A stretch of 64,000 nucleotides of DNA from an uncultured Thermoplasmatales archaeon (GCA_964481275.1 CAYZTD010000001.1:50989-114988), one strand, 5' to 3'; positions 10,295 to 21,566 are shown, counted from the first letter of the stretch. The notes: a model not told the origin generated them from the letters alone. Program-made: numbers and translations.

Positions 10295-12121
10295 TTATAT
10301 ATTCTTAAAAATATCAATCAATCTTTTTATTATAATTAAATATTTAAAAAAAGCATTGCTGCTTTTTGGTACAGGTCGCTCTATTTTGCCCCAATCACTT
10401 GTAGCGCCATCTTCATCTTTAGCTTGGGCTTTAATTATATAATTTCCTTTTTTATTAAAAGTAATATCTACTGAATCAGATTCTTCACCTGGAACAAATG
10501 GACCAAACCAAGAACTTGGCTCGGGACTCATACTAAATTTTTCCTTTACAATATATCTATAGTAAACCTTTTCAAAATCTCCATTTTCATCAGAACTTCT
10601 AAATGTATATTTATAAGTCCCAAGTCCAATATCACCAGATGGTCCTGATATTTCAGGTGTTTCTGGCGCGACATTTTCTTTTATTATAAAATCGATTTTA
10701 ATGGATTTTTTATTACATTCTAAACATTCCTCTTTGTCCTTATCAATAAAAACAAGTTTACCTTCAAATTTTTCGTTGTTATTTCCATTTGTTTCAAATG
10801 AATAATTTACAAGAAATGTTCCATATTCGGGAGTTAACTTAAAAGGAGGATCACGCAGCCCATCTGTACTGTTATATGAAAAATCATTTCCATTTCCATC
10901 TTTAATAGACCTCCTCCATCCTAAAGATTGTGCAGGTATAGGATTAATACCCCAATTCAGTTTACTGCCAGGATGACCTATATTTGTAACATAAAAATTA
11001 AGACAGATTTTTTTATCTGGTTTTATATATCCTAAAGATAATTCTTCTTCTGATAAAGTTAATTTTGATTCAATTGATTTTTCTTCTATCCTTATACCAT
11101 CAAGATAATATGTATCATATTCAATAAAACAATTATTGTATTTTATCTTAAACCATCCGCCCTGGCTATCTTCATCATACGGATTTGGAATTCCCCAATT
11201 TTCACTCCAACTGTTTTTACAAATCCAGTAACCACCAGATGAAACATTTGAATCATCTTTATACCCAACAATAATTACATCATGATTTTGTATATCAGTA
11301 CAACCACCACCAGCTATATCTCCATATTTATGATAATACACATCTTCTTGCCATTCGTCTTCATTTGGATAATGCGGTATATTCTGGTTACTTCCATGAA
11401 GATCTTCATAAACTGTCATCTTAGTTGGAAGAGGTCCATATTGAATTAATGCATTTTTTAATGTTTCTTTATCTCTAGACAATTTATTAGCTGAATCAAT
11501 AAACACCCTGTAATCCTTCCAATCTTCACATTTTTCATCACAATTGCTATCGTCTGCAATATACGAAAAACAACTTTCATTTATTGCACCATAATTCTTA
11601 ATAAAATTTTGACTTGCCTCTAGTCTTCCACCCCTACAACCCTTGATATCATAAGGATAACAATTAGATCCGCACGAAAGAATAAATTGTTCAGACAAAT
11701 CAATATAAGTATTTGAATTCTTTTTTTCTTTAATTTTATATAAGCACTCTAAAACACCAATGGGGGCAAATGCATAACAACTACCACAAGCACCTTGATT
11801 TTTAATAGCTGTTGTCCAATCATATCCACTTTTGTTACCTGGTTCACCATATCCCGTACTTTCGTTTAAAAAAGCGTTTCGCCAATCAAAGCTTGAGGGA
11901 GTTTCACCAGAAAGTGTTTCGCCAGCTCCATCTGGCGAAAAATCAGATGAGTTTTCACCAAGACCATATTCAAAATTATTGTTATTACAAATAGAAAGAA
12001 GCTCGCTTGTTTCAGTAATATAATTATTATTTAGTTTCATATCTAAATTTATACTTGAAGCTTGAAAGCTACAAATAATCATTAATATAAAAATCATCAC
12101 TGGGGCAATTTTTGCGTTCAT
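10295..12121 (-). CDS. Secreted papain-like (C1A) cysteine peptidase with PKD-like C-terminal domain and conserved tail
   Basis: Active-site Cys QGACGSCYAFAP, His NHDVIIVGY, and NSWSENWG. Signal peptide. C-terminus RPVPKSSNAFFKYLIIIKRLIDIFKNI. ATG at 12119-12121 is preceded by 'aatgatgtgataaga'; the track's 12130 is a GTG extension. Confidence 0.8.
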   Translation of the reverse strand: MNAKIAPVMIFILMIICSFQASSINLDMKLNNNYITETSELLSICNNNNFEYGLGENSSDFSPDGAGETLSGETPSSFDWRNAFLNESTGYGEPGNKSGYDWTTAIKNQGACGSCYAFAPIGVLECLYKIKEKKNSNTYIDLSEQFILSCGSNCYPYDIKGCRGGRLEASQNFIKNYGAINESCFSYIADDSNCDEKCEDWKDYRVFIDSANKLSRDKETLKNALIQYGPLPTKMTVYEDLHGSNQNIPHYPNEDEWQEDVYYHKYGDIAGGGCTDIQNHDVIIVGYKDDSNVSSGGYWICKNSWSENWGIPNPYDEDSQGGWFKIKYNNCFIEYDTYYLDGIRIEEKSIESKLTLSEEELSLGYIKPDKKICLNFYVTNIGHPGSKLNWGINPIPAQSLGWRRSIKDGNGNDFSYNSTDGLRDPPFKLTPEYGTFLVNYSFETNGNNNEKFEGKLVFIDKDKEECLECNKKSIKIDFIIKENVAPETPEISGPSGDIGLGTYKYTFRSSDENGDFEKVYYRYIVKEKFSMSPEPSSWFGPFVPGEESDSVDITFNKKGNYIIKAQAKDEDGATSDWGKIERPVPKSSNAFFKYLIIIKRLIDIFKNI

Positions 12122-12258
12122 TCTTATCACATCATAATTTGTTTTTTTATTTTACTTTTATTAATATAAATATATAAAATTATTGGAACAATTTTCCTCA
12201 TGTATAGCAATAAAATGAAGTCAAAAACATTAATAAAGAATATACAATAGGGGGGAAT

Positions 12259-13635
12259 GTGGGGAACATTTTGACAAAAAATCAGAAAATTATAATAATT
12301 GGTTGTGGTGCAGGTGGAGGTACAGCTGCACAATTTGCAAGAAAAACAAATAGAAAAGCAAAAATAACAGTTTTTGAAAAAAATTCTTATCCACAATATT
12401 CCAAATGTGGTCTACCATATGCAATATCAGGTGACATACCAAAAATAATGGATTTAATAGAATTCTCAGAAGAATGGTTCAAAAAAGCAAATATACACCT
12501 AAATCTTGATACAACTGTTGAAAAAATAGATATCTCGAAAAAAACTGTTTATGCAAAAAAAGAAGATAAAAATATTACAGAAAATTTCGATTCACTTATA
12601 ATATCTACAGGTGCAAAACCATCTTTTCCTCCAATTAAGAATATAGATCTTAAAGGTGTTTTTTCTCTTAGAACAATTGATGATGCAAAAAAAATCAAAT
12701 CTTTTGCTAAAAAAGATACAAAAGCAACAATCGTAGGTGCCGGACTTATTGGTATGGAGATGGCTGATAATCTTTTTAAAATGGGATTAAAAGTGACAAT
12801 TGTAGAAGCATTAGAAAATATCCTTGCAACAAATCTTGACAAAGATATGTCAAAACTTGTATCAAACGAAGTTCCAGACGAAATAAAAATTTATACAAAT
12901 CATCTTGCAACAAAAGCTGAAGATAAAAATGGAACTATCAACAGTATTGTAATTAAAAATAAAGATAATAATGAAGAACAAAAAATTGAAACCAATCTAT
13001 TAATAGTCGCAACTGGTACTAAACCAGAAACATCACTTGCAGAAAAAATAGGATGTAAAATTGGAAAAACTAAAGCAATAATTGTAAATAATAAATCAGA
13101 GACAAACATTCCTAGAGTTTATGCAGTAGGTGACTGTACAGAATATGTAGGATATATTACAAAAAAACCAATATTAGTTGGATTAGGAAGCATAGTTGTA
13201 AGACAAGGAATAGCTGCTGGTACAAATGCAGCGGGTGGAAAATATGTTCTACCAAAAGGTTTTCTAAATACGTTTACATCAGAATTTTTTGATAAAGAAA
13301 TAGCAGGGGTAGGAGTATCTTCAGCTTGCAGAGATTTAGATTATATCTCTGCAAAATACAATGGAGAATCTCTTCCACATTATTTCCCGGGTGGAAAAAA
13401 AATATCAATAAAAGTTTATGCTGATAAAAAAACAGAAAAAATCATAGGTGCTCAATCTGTTGGTGACAAAGCAGCGCAAAGAATCAATACATTTGCAGCA
13501 GCAATAATGGGAAATTTAGATATAAATACATTTAGAAAACTTGAAACAGCATATGCACCACCAATAGCACCAACTCTTGATGCAGAAACACTAGTTTGTG
13601 ATATTTTAGATATGAAACTAAAACGTAAAAGATAG
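12259..13635 (+). CDS. FAD-dependent pyridine nucleotide-disulfide oxidoreductase (CoA-disulfide reductase / NADH oxidase family)
   Basis: GxGxxG IIIIGCGAGGGTAAQFA. Single redox Cys in SKCGLPYA. Second NAD(P) fold IVGAGLIGMEMAD. GGGGGG SD-like run upstream; GTG start. Confidence 0.7.
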   Translation: MGNILTKNQKIIIIGCGAGGGTAAQFARKTNRKAKITVFEKNSYPQYSKCGLPYAISGDIPKIMDLIEFSEEWFKKANIHLNLDTTVEKIDISKKTVYAKKEDKNITENFDSLIISTGAKPSFPPIKNIDLKGVFSLRTIDDAKKIKSFAKKDTKATIVGAGLIGMEMADNLFKMGLKVTIVEALENILATNLDKDMSKLVSNEVPDEIKIYTNHLATKAEDKNGTINSIVIKNKDNNEEQKIETNLLIVATGTKPETSLAEKIGCKIGKTKAIIVNNKSETNIPRVYAVGDCTEYVGYITKKPILVGLGSIVVRQGIAAGTNAAGGKYVLPKGFLNTFTSEFFDKEIAGVGVSSACRDLDYISAKYNGESLPHYFPGGKKISIKVYADKKTEKIIGAQSVGDKAAQRINTFAAAIMGNLDINTFRKLETAYAPPIAPTLDAETLVCDILDMKLKRKR

Positions 13636-13648
13636 GATTAAGGTAACT

Positions 13649-14791
13649 ATGAAAATTTTACATACAGCTGATTCACATTTGGGATATGCAGCATACAGAA
13701 AATCCACAGAAGAAGGTATAAACCAACGTGAAAAAGACGTTTACAACGCCTTTGAACAATTTATAAACTATGCAATTGAAAAAAAACCTGATTTAATAAT
13801 TCACGCAGGGGATTTATTTGATTCAGTAAGACCAAACAATAGAGCAATAACATTTGCCATAAAACAGATGGTTAGAATTTCAAAAGAAAAAATACCTTTT
13901 GTTCTTATCTCTGGAAACCATGAACAACCTAAACTAAAAGAAACAGGACATATTTTTAGTGTTTTTGATCACATAGATAATATCTATCCAATATACAACG
14001 AAGAATATGAAAAAATATCATTTGGTATAAATGATAAAAAAATAATTGTTCATGCTCTGCCCCAATGCAATTCCAAAAAAAGTTTTAATGAACAGCTTAA
14101 AAAATTAAAACCAGAAAAAAATGCTGATTACAATTTTTTAACATCTCATGGTTCTGTAACAGGTTTACAAGATTTTACTATGAATGAGTTCAATGAACTT
14201 ATAATACCTGCAAGGATTCTTTCAAGAAGTTTTGATTATATAGCTCTTGGGCACTATCATAGATATACAAAATTAGCAGATAATTCATATTATTCAGGAG
14301 CAATAGAAAGTCTTACATTTTCTGAGGCAAATGAAAACAAAGGTTTTTTAGAACTAAATATAGAAAAAAACAAAATATCAAAAAATTTTATAGAATTAAA
14401 AACTAGACCTATGATTGATTCAGAACCAATAGAATGTTCAGAATTGAAAATAGATCAAATAATGAAAAAAATCAAACAACAGGCAAAAAAAATAAAACCT
14501 AAAGAAAAGACAGTTAGAATAACACTTAAAGATATTTCACCAAATCTCTATCGAAATCTAAATTTTGATGATATAAGACAAGACTTTGGAGATGCGATAC
14601 ACTATGAAATAAAAGTAGATGTAAAAGAAAAAGATACTGCATCGTCTACTTTTTCTAATTCAAAGATAAATGCTTTAGCAAATGAATTTAAAGATTTTAT
14701 TGAAAAACAAAATATTGAAGATAAAAAAATTCTAGCTGATATGGGAATAGGTTATATAGAAAAAATAGAGGCAAAAAAAGAAGGTAAATAA
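13649..14791 (+). CDS. mre11: DNA double-strand break repair nuclease Mre11
   Basis: N-terminal phosphoesterase motifs MKILHTADSHLG, IIHAGDLFD, GNHE. Stop overlaps the rad50 start (TAATG). Confidence 0.85.
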   Translation: MKILHTADSHLGYAAYRKSTEEGINQREKDVYNAFEQFINYAIEKKPDLIIHAGDLFDSVRPNNRAITFAIKQMVRISKEKIPFVLISGNHEQPKLKETGHIFSVFDHIDNIYPIYNEEYEKISFGINDKKIIVHALPQCNSKKSFNEQLKKLKPEKNADYNFLTSHGSVTGLQDFTMNEFNELIIPARILSRSFDYIALGHYHRYTKLADNSYYSGAIESLTFSEANENKGFLELNIEKNKISKNFIELKTRPMIDSEPIECSELKIDQIMKKIKQQAKKIKPKEKTVRITLKDISPNLYRNLNFDDIRQDFGDAIHYEIKVDVKEKDTASSTFSNSKINALANEFKDFIEKQNIEDKKILADMGIGYIEKIEAKKEGK

Positions 14792-16896
14792 TGCTATTGA
14801 AGAATCTTACGCTCAAAAATTTTCGAAAATTCAAAAACATAACTATTGATTTTCCTGATGGAGTAACTGGAGTAGTAGGCCTAAATGGAGTTGGAAAATC
14901 AACTATTTTTGAAGCAATAGCCTGGGTTTTATATGGACCTGTTGCAGCAAGAACATCTGCAGATGAAATAAAAAGACAAGATGCAGATGAAAAAGAAAAC
15001 TGTAGGGTAGAACTTGATTTTATTTTTGAAGAAGAAAAATTTAGGGTAGTAAGAGAAATCAAAGGAAAAAGCCTTACAACATCAGCAACAGCAACAATAA
15101 ATGGAAAAGTTGCAGCAACTGGCGCGGATGTAGTTACAAAATATATGCAAAAAAAACTAGGAATGGATTTCAAATCATTTTTTACAAGTATCTTTGCAAA
15201 GCAAAAAGAGCTAAACACTTTGTCATCTATGAATGCAAGTGAAAGAAGACCACTGATTCTTAGAATGCTTGGTATAGATTCTCTTGATGAAATAATAAAG
15301 GAAATAAGATCGGACAGGAGAAATAAAGATGCTTTGATTGAAAAATTAAATGACGATTTGACAGATGAAAAAGGAGAAAACAAAAAAGAAATATATGAAA
15401 GAAAAATAAAAGAAAATAAAAAAAATAAGGAAGAAATAGATAAAGAAATCAAAAAATTAAAAGATAAAATAAAAGAATACAAAAAAGAATTTGAAAAGTT
15501 GGAAAAAAAATATATTGAAAATAAAAAACAATATGAAAAACTAAACAAAGAAAAAGAAGAACTGTCAGAGAGAAAAACTCTTTTTGAAAAAAAAGAAAAA
15601 TTACAGACAGAAATAGATGAACTTAAAAATAAAATTGAGGAAAGAAATAAAAAACTCGATTCTAAAAGAAAAGAATTAAATGGTTTTGAAAATATAGAAC
15701 AAGATTTTAAATCATCTGAAATGCGTTTGGAGGATATCGAAAATCATATTGAAAAACTTTTAAAAGCAATTGAAAAAAATAAGGCTTTTTCAGATCGTTT
15801 AAAAGAAGATTTATCAAATGTTGAAACAAAAAAGAATAAAGTCAAAAAAATAGGCCCTGATGCAAAATGTCCAACCTGTGAAAGAGTTCTTTCCGAGCAA
15901 TATAATGTTTTATTAAAAAAATTTGATGAAGAAACAAAAAAACATGAAAAACAAATTGAAAAATATGGAAAAGAAATAAAACTAAAAGAAGAAGAAAAAG
16001 AACGTATACAACGTGAAAGAAACGCTCTTCGTAAAAAAAGACTGTATCTTGAGAAAAGACTTAGAGAAAAAGAGGGAATTGATATAACAATTCGTCATAT
16101 TGAATCTGAAATTAAAAAAGAAAGATTTGATTTTGAAACAAAAAAGAAACTTCTGAAAGATATGGGTAAAATAGATTTTGATTATAAAGAATACGAATCA
16201 TTAAAGAAAAAAGTACAAAAATCATATGAATCCTATCAAGAATCATTGGAATTATTTAATAACAAAAAAGATGATTTATCTAATATTAATTTAGATTTAG
16301 AAAAAAAACAAGGAGAAATAAAACTTATCAAGCAAAATATTAGGAATTTAAAAGAAAAAATAGATGAGATTGATAAATATAAAAAGAAAATAAAAGAAGA
16401 AAAAAATGCTGTCAGATATCTTGGAATGCTCTCCGATGTTATGAATGATTTTAGAACATATCTTATCTCTCGTATTAGACCTACTTTATCTTCTTATGCA
16501 TCTGATTTTTATAGAAGACTTACTGATGGCAAGTATAACGAAATAGAACTTGATGAAAACTACAATCTTTTAGTTTATGATAAAGGAGAAATTTTTGGAA
16601 TTGAAAGATTTTCGGGTGGTGAAGAAGATCTAGCAAATCTTTGTTTGCGTCTTGCGATATCTGAAGTTATAACAGAACGAGCGGGTGGAGTTTTCAACTT
16701 TATTATACTTGATGAAATATTTGGATCACAAGACAATATACGCCGGCAAAATATAATGAAAACATTAAACAGGCTCTCATCAAAATTCCGTCAGATTTTT
16801 TTGATTACTCACATTGAAGATGTTAAAAATTATGTAGAAAATGTAATTAAAGTATATGAAGGAGATAGCGGGACTAGTAGTATTAAAATAGAATAG
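14791..16896 (+). CDS. rad50: DNA repair ATPase Rad50 (short coiled-coil variant)
   Basis: Walker A GLNGVGKSTIFEAI, zinc-hook CPTC in the coiled-coil, signature/D-loop FSGGEEDLANLCLRLA...LILDE. Translationally coupled to mre11. Confidence 0.85.
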   Translation: MLLKNLTLKNFRKFKNITIDFPDGVTGVVGLNGVGKSTIFEAIAWVLYGPVAARTSADEIKRQDADEKENCRVELDFIFEEEKFRVVREIKGKSLTTSATATINGKVAATGADVVTKYMQKKLGMDFKSFFTSIFAKQKELNTLSSMNASERRPLILRMLGIDSLDEIIKEIRSDRRNKDALIEKLNDDLTDEKGENKKEIYERKIKENKKNKEEIDKEIKKLKDKIKEYKKEFEKLEKKYIENKKQYEKLNKEKEELSERKTLFEKKEKLQTEIDELKNKIEERNKKLDSKRKELNGFENIEQDFKSSEMRLEDIENHIEKLLKAIEKNKAFSDRLKEDLSNVETKKNKVKKIGPDAKCPTCERVLSEQYNVLLKKFDEETKKHEKQIEKYGKEIKLKEEEKERIQRERNALRKKRLYLEKRLREKEGIDITIRHIESEIKKERFDFETKKKLLKDMGKIDFDYKEYESLKKKVQKSYESYQESLELFNNKKDDLSNINLDLEKKQGEIKLIKQNIRNLKEKIDEIDKYKKKIKEEKNAVRYLGMLSDVMNDFRTYLISRIRPTLSSYASDFYRRLTDGKYNEIELDENYNLLVYDKGEIFGIERFSGGEEDLANLCLRLAISEVITERAGGVFNFIILDEIFGSQDNIRRQNIMKTLNRLSSKFRQIFLITHIEDVKNYVENVIKVYEGDSGTSSIKIE

Positions 16897-16900
16897 AAAT

Positions 16901-17854
16901 TTATTTTTTTAGCTTCAAACGTTTCTTTTTTTTCTTCTTTGGATTATCATCTGGTTTTTCAACTTCGGTAGTGTTTTCTTCGAAATCTATCTTTTCTGTT
17001 GGCTCAGATCTTGTTGTATTAGTTGTTTCTTTTTTTACCGGTATATCTGAGGAAAATAATTTATCAAAGATATCTTTTTTTGATTTGTACCAATTTTCCC
17101 ATTGTTCATTTTCTTTTTTTAGTTTTTTATATTCATTATCTGTATCTTCGTATAGTTGGTATAATTTTGTTAATCTTTCTTTTTCTTTTTCGTATTTAGC
17201 GTTTACTTCTTCATATTTTTCCTTGTAAGTTTCCATATCTCCAGTTTTTTCAAGTTTTTGATTCAAATCATTGATTTCTTTTTCTTTATTTTCATTTTCT
17301 TCTTTTAGAATGTGTATCTCACTTTCAAGATTGTTTCTAATATCATCAAACTCTTCACATCTACTCTTATATTCATCTACTTTTTCTGCTTTTTCTTTGT
17401 TTTCTTCAAGTTTTTGGTTTAATGTATTTATCCTAGATGTAAGATCATCTTCAAGTTGTTTTTTAGATGTTTCTAAGGTTTTAATTTTTTCTTCATATTC
17501 GCCCATTCTTTTCTCAGTAGTTGTTAGTTCTTCTTCTTGGTTTTTGTATGCATCCCATAGTTTTACAAGTCGTTCTTTTTCTTTTTCTAGTTCTTCGCTG
17601 TATTTTTTTGCTCCTTCTGCTGCTTCTGATCTTTTTTGTTCTGCTTCTTGAACTCTTGTTTCAAATTTTTCTAGTATACCATTTATGTTATCTAATTTAT
17701 CAATATGAAGCATTTCTTGTATTCTTGCTAATTCTTCTGTGTTTTTCGAAAAAGAATTTTTAATGGCATCAATTTCATTTGTAACTGTTGTTAATTTTTG
17801 TTTGAGTGAATCAAAATCCCCTACATCCTCAACAATATTATCTTTATCTGTCAT
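16901..17854 (-). CDS. Coiled-coil protein with poly-Lys C-terminal tail (hypothetical)
   Basis: Heptad-rich E/K sequence, C-terminus KKKKKKRLKLKK. Divergent from the GTPase operon. Confidence 0.4.
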   Translation of the reverse strand: MTDKDNIVEDVGDFDSLKQKLTTVTNEIDAIKNSFSKNTEELARIQEMLHIDKLDNINGILEKFETRVQEAEQKRSEAAEGAKKYSEELEKEKERLVKLWDAYKNQEEELTTTEKRMGEYEEKIKTLETSKKQLEDDLTSRINTLNQKLEENKEKAEKVDEYKSRCEEFDDIRNNLESEIHILKEENENKEKEINDLNQKLEKTGDMETYKEKYEEVNAKYEKEKERLTKLYQLYEDTDNEYKKLKKENEQWENWYKSKKDIFDKLFSSDIPVKKETTNTTRSEPTEKIDFEENTTEVEKPDDNPKKKKKKRLKLKK

Positions 17855-18044
17855 AAATAATCATGCCTCCCGACCAATCAGGGAATAGATAATGGTCTTG
17901 TTGATATTTAAGGATTTTCATAAAAATAAATATAAATTAAATCCTTATTTAACATTAAATAAAATTAATACCATTAAACTAATAAACCATAATATAGATA
18001 CAAGATTTGGGTAATTATTCCTAATTTTTAGGAGGTGTAGCTGG

Positions 18045-18701
18045 ATGGGATTATTTGGCAGAAAAAAATTTTCTTCAATTCTTAAAAAAATTTTCGGAAA
18101 AAAACAAGCTAAAATTGGAATTTATGGGCCACCTAATGTAGGTAAAACTACTCTTGCAAATCGTATTCTAAAAGATTGGACTGGAGATATAATGGGGAGC
18201 GTTTCAGAAGTCCCCCATGAGACACGTCGTGCTAAATGGAAAAAAGATGTTAAAATAGAAAATGGTAAATCATCTCTTTTTATGGATATTGTTGATACCC
18301 CTGGAATTTCTACAAAAGTAGATTATAAAGAGTTTATGAATGCTTTTGGGTTATCAAAAAACGAATCAAAAAGAAGAGCAAAAGAAGCAACTGAAGGGGT
18401 AATAGAATCAATTAAATGGCTAGAGGGTATCGATGGAGTACTACTAGTTATGGATTCAACACAGGATCCTTTCACCCAAGTAAATGTAACAATTCTTGGT
18501 AATCTTGAAGCAAGAAATCTACCTGTTTTAATTGCAGCAAATAAAATAGATATGGAGGAATCCAGTCCTGCTACTCTCAAATCCGCTTTTCCACAACATC
18601 CAGTAGTTCCAATAAGTGCTCTTACTGGTTATAATTCTGATAATTTATATTCTTCTATGGTAAAACATTTCAAGAGAAAACGCAGGAAAAAAAGGAGGTA
18701 G
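18045..18701 (+). CDS. Small P-loop GTPase with polybasic C-terminus
   Basis: G1 GPPNVGKTT, G3 DTPG, G4 NKID, G5 SAL; tail KRKRRKKRR. GGAGGTG SD upstream. Confidence 0.6.
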   Translation: MGLFGRKKFSSILKKIFGKKQAKIGIYGPPNVGKTTLANRILKDWTGDIMGSVSEVPHETRRAKWKKDVKIENGKSSLFMDIVDTPGISTKVDYKEFMNAFGLSKNESKRRAKEATEGVIESIKWLEGIDGVLLVMDSTQDPFTQVNVTILGNLEARNLPVLIAANKIDMEESSPATLKSAFPQHPVVPISALTGYNSDNLYSSMVKHFKRKRRKKRR

Positions 18702-18707
18702 ATCTAA

Positions 18708-19085
18708 ATGACTAAAAAAAATAACGGTATTTCTTTTAACCTTGTTTCTAAAGATAAATTAGAAAACTTTTCATCTGATGAGAAACTTAAATTTATAATT
18801 AAAGAAATCAAAAAAGGAAAAATTCTTGTTTTAGAATGCGGTCTAACTCCTATGGAACAGACTAATTTGATAGAAAAAACAATGAGAGAAATCAAGCAGG
18901 ATACTTTTATTGGAGTTGAAATGGAAGGTTATAGTCCGGAAAATACTTCTTTTATTAAGAGAATACTTGGTATTTCTTCTAAACCCCGTATGACGCTGGT
19001 AGGACCTGCTGATCTATTAAAAATGGTTAAAAAAGACAATGATATGATTCAAACTAAAATTATTCCTGGTAAGGGAGCAAAATAA
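18708..19085 (+). CDS. Conserved archaeal protein (DUF2073-like) co-operonic with the GTPase
   Basis: 125 aa, AGGAGGT SD, 6-nt gap from the GTPase gene. Family assignment is from memory only. Confidence 0.4.
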   Translation: MTKKNNGISFNLVSKDKLENFSSDEKLKFIIKEIKKGKILVLECGLTPMEQTNLIEKTMREIKQDTFIGVEMEGYSPENTSFIKRILGISSKPRMTLVGPADLLKMVKKDNDMIQTKIIPGKGAK

Positions 19086-19628
19086 ATGCCTCATCAATGT
19101 CTTAAATGTGGGCATGTTTTTGAAGAAGGGTCATCTCAACTTTTAAAAGGTTGTCCAGATTGCGGAGGAAATCGTTTTTTTTATACTAAAAAACCACTTG
19201 ATGAAAAACAAAGACAAAATATTACTAAAAAAGTTGGGGAGGATATAAACTCTGCAATAATTGATTTATTAGATGGAAATAAAGATATAATTGATAATTC
19301 AGGCAAATGGGCAGAAATTAAACCTAACGATGTAAAAAAAGCAGTGGAAAAACATTTGGAAAAAAAGAAAATAAAACCTGATAAAAAAGAAAATATTGAT
19401 GCTGTAACTGATGAAAATTACAGAAAAAAAGCTATTGAAAAAATAGAATCAGAAGTGGATCTCTCAATGAATCCTGAGACAATTGATATCGAAAGGCCCG
19501 GTAGATATAAAATAGATATTAAAGGTCTTTTGGAAGAAGAACCAATTATCATTCAGAAAGATGGTTCATATACTATTCATCTTCCATCTATTTTTAAAAT
19601 GATAAATGAGGAAAAAGAAAAAAAATAA
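19086..19628 (+). CDS. Zn-ribbon protein (CxxC...CxxC; DUF2072-like)
   Basis: MPHQCLKCGHVF...GCPDCGG. Start directly abuts the stop of the upstream gene. Confidence 0.45.
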   Translation: MPHQCLKCGHVFEEGSSQLLKGCPDCGGNRFFYTKKPLDEKQRQNITKKVGEDINSAIIDLLDGNKDIIDNSGKWAEIKPNDVKKAVEKHLEKKKIKPDKKENIDAVTDENYRKKAIEKIESEVDLSMNPETIDIERPGRYKIDIKGLLEEEPIIIQKDGSYTIHLPSIFKMINEEKEKK

Positions 19629-19649
19629 AAGTTAATGAGATAATTTTTT

Positions 19650-20099
19650 TTAATCTGTTAATGAAAAACTGATTTCCTCTCCATAATATGCACTTGGTTG
19701 CGTCCCGTCTTGAACTCTATATACTGCTTTTGCTCTAAAATAATAGGGTTTAAATCTATATTCTCCATCTGAAGGTAAAGTTTTTTTTGCTTCAAAATAT
19801 GTTATTTGTCCTATTTTCCTTTCTAAACTTGGTTCCAATTCTTCATCATAATCTAAATCTGTTTCAGAGTGAGGTTCATCGTCAAATAAAAATGAAACAC
19901 TAAGTAATGGCCAATTATTATGTTTAGTTGTTGCTATCCCTTTTAGTACAACAGTTTCAGTTCCTGGTGGCGAATTGCTTTTATCATCAAAATTCCATCC
20001 TCTAGTTTCTACACATCCTGTTAACAAAACAGTTAATACAAGTATAGATAAACAAACTATCGATGCTACTACTCTATTTTTTTTTCTCATCATATTCAC
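19650..20099 (-). CDS. Putative secreted lipoprotein (lipobox-like LTGC)
   Basis: Signal peptide followed by LLTGCVE; no further motif. Confidence 0.35.
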   Translation of the reverse strand: MNMMRKKNRVVASIVCLSILVLTVLLTGCVETRGWNFDDKSNSPPGTETVVLKGIATTKHNNWPLLSVSFLFDDEPHSETDLDYDEELEPSLERKIGQITYFEAKKTLPSDGEYRFKPYYFRAKAVYRVQDGTQPSAYYGEEISFSLTD

Positions 20100-20195
20100 C
20101 TAATATTTTGAATTATAAATGAATCAATATATATAAATATTACTATAAACTAAAGAAATAAAAAATAATCCGGATCTTTAAGTAAAATACTTAAT

Positions 20196-20618
20196 TTATT
20201 TTTGTAGATTTTTATGAAGTTTAACTACAGCTTCAACAGCAGATTTTGCTCTCTCTATTCTTTCTTCTGCCTGAAGTCTTGTCATACCAGGACCAGATAT
20301 TCCAAGACCAACTGGTTTATCATATTCAATTGATAAATCTGCTATTTTTCTTGCAGCATGTTGAATAACAAGATCGTCATGTTCTGTTTCTCCCTCTATT
20401 ACAGAACCTAATGCTACAACACCATCGATTTCTTTACTTTTTAATAGTTTTTTAATTGCAAGACCTACATCAAAAACACCAGGTACCTTAATAGTTTTTG
20501 TTATCTCTGCACCAAGAAAATTAGCATGTTCTTTTGCACGTTCCAGCATCATCATTGTTATATCATAGTTAAACTCTGATACAACGGCTCCAATTCTTAT
20601 TTTTTTATTTTTTACCAT
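20196..20618 (-). CDS. ribH: 6,7-dimethyl-8-ribityllumazine synthase
   Basis: Strong similarity, recalled from memory, to archaeal Rib[48 protein letters not shown]. Confidence 0.85.
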   Translation of the reverse strand: MVKNKKIRIGAVVSEFNYDITMMMLERAKEHANFLGAEITKTIKVPGVFDVGLAIKKLLKSKEIDGVVALGSVIEGETEHDDLVIQHAARKIADLSIEYDKPVGLGISGPGMTRLQAEERIERAKSAVEAVVKLHKNLQK

Positions 20619-20634
20619 TTTTTCACATCCAAGT

Positions 20635-21544
<910 letters not shown>

Positions 21545-21566
<22 letters not shown>

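Noticed and set aside
16897..16915. T-rich run between convergent rad50 and coiled-coil genes as an intrinsic terminator
   Set aside because: It is plausible as an archaeal oligo-T terminator, but it cannot be told apart from background AT-richness in this genome.
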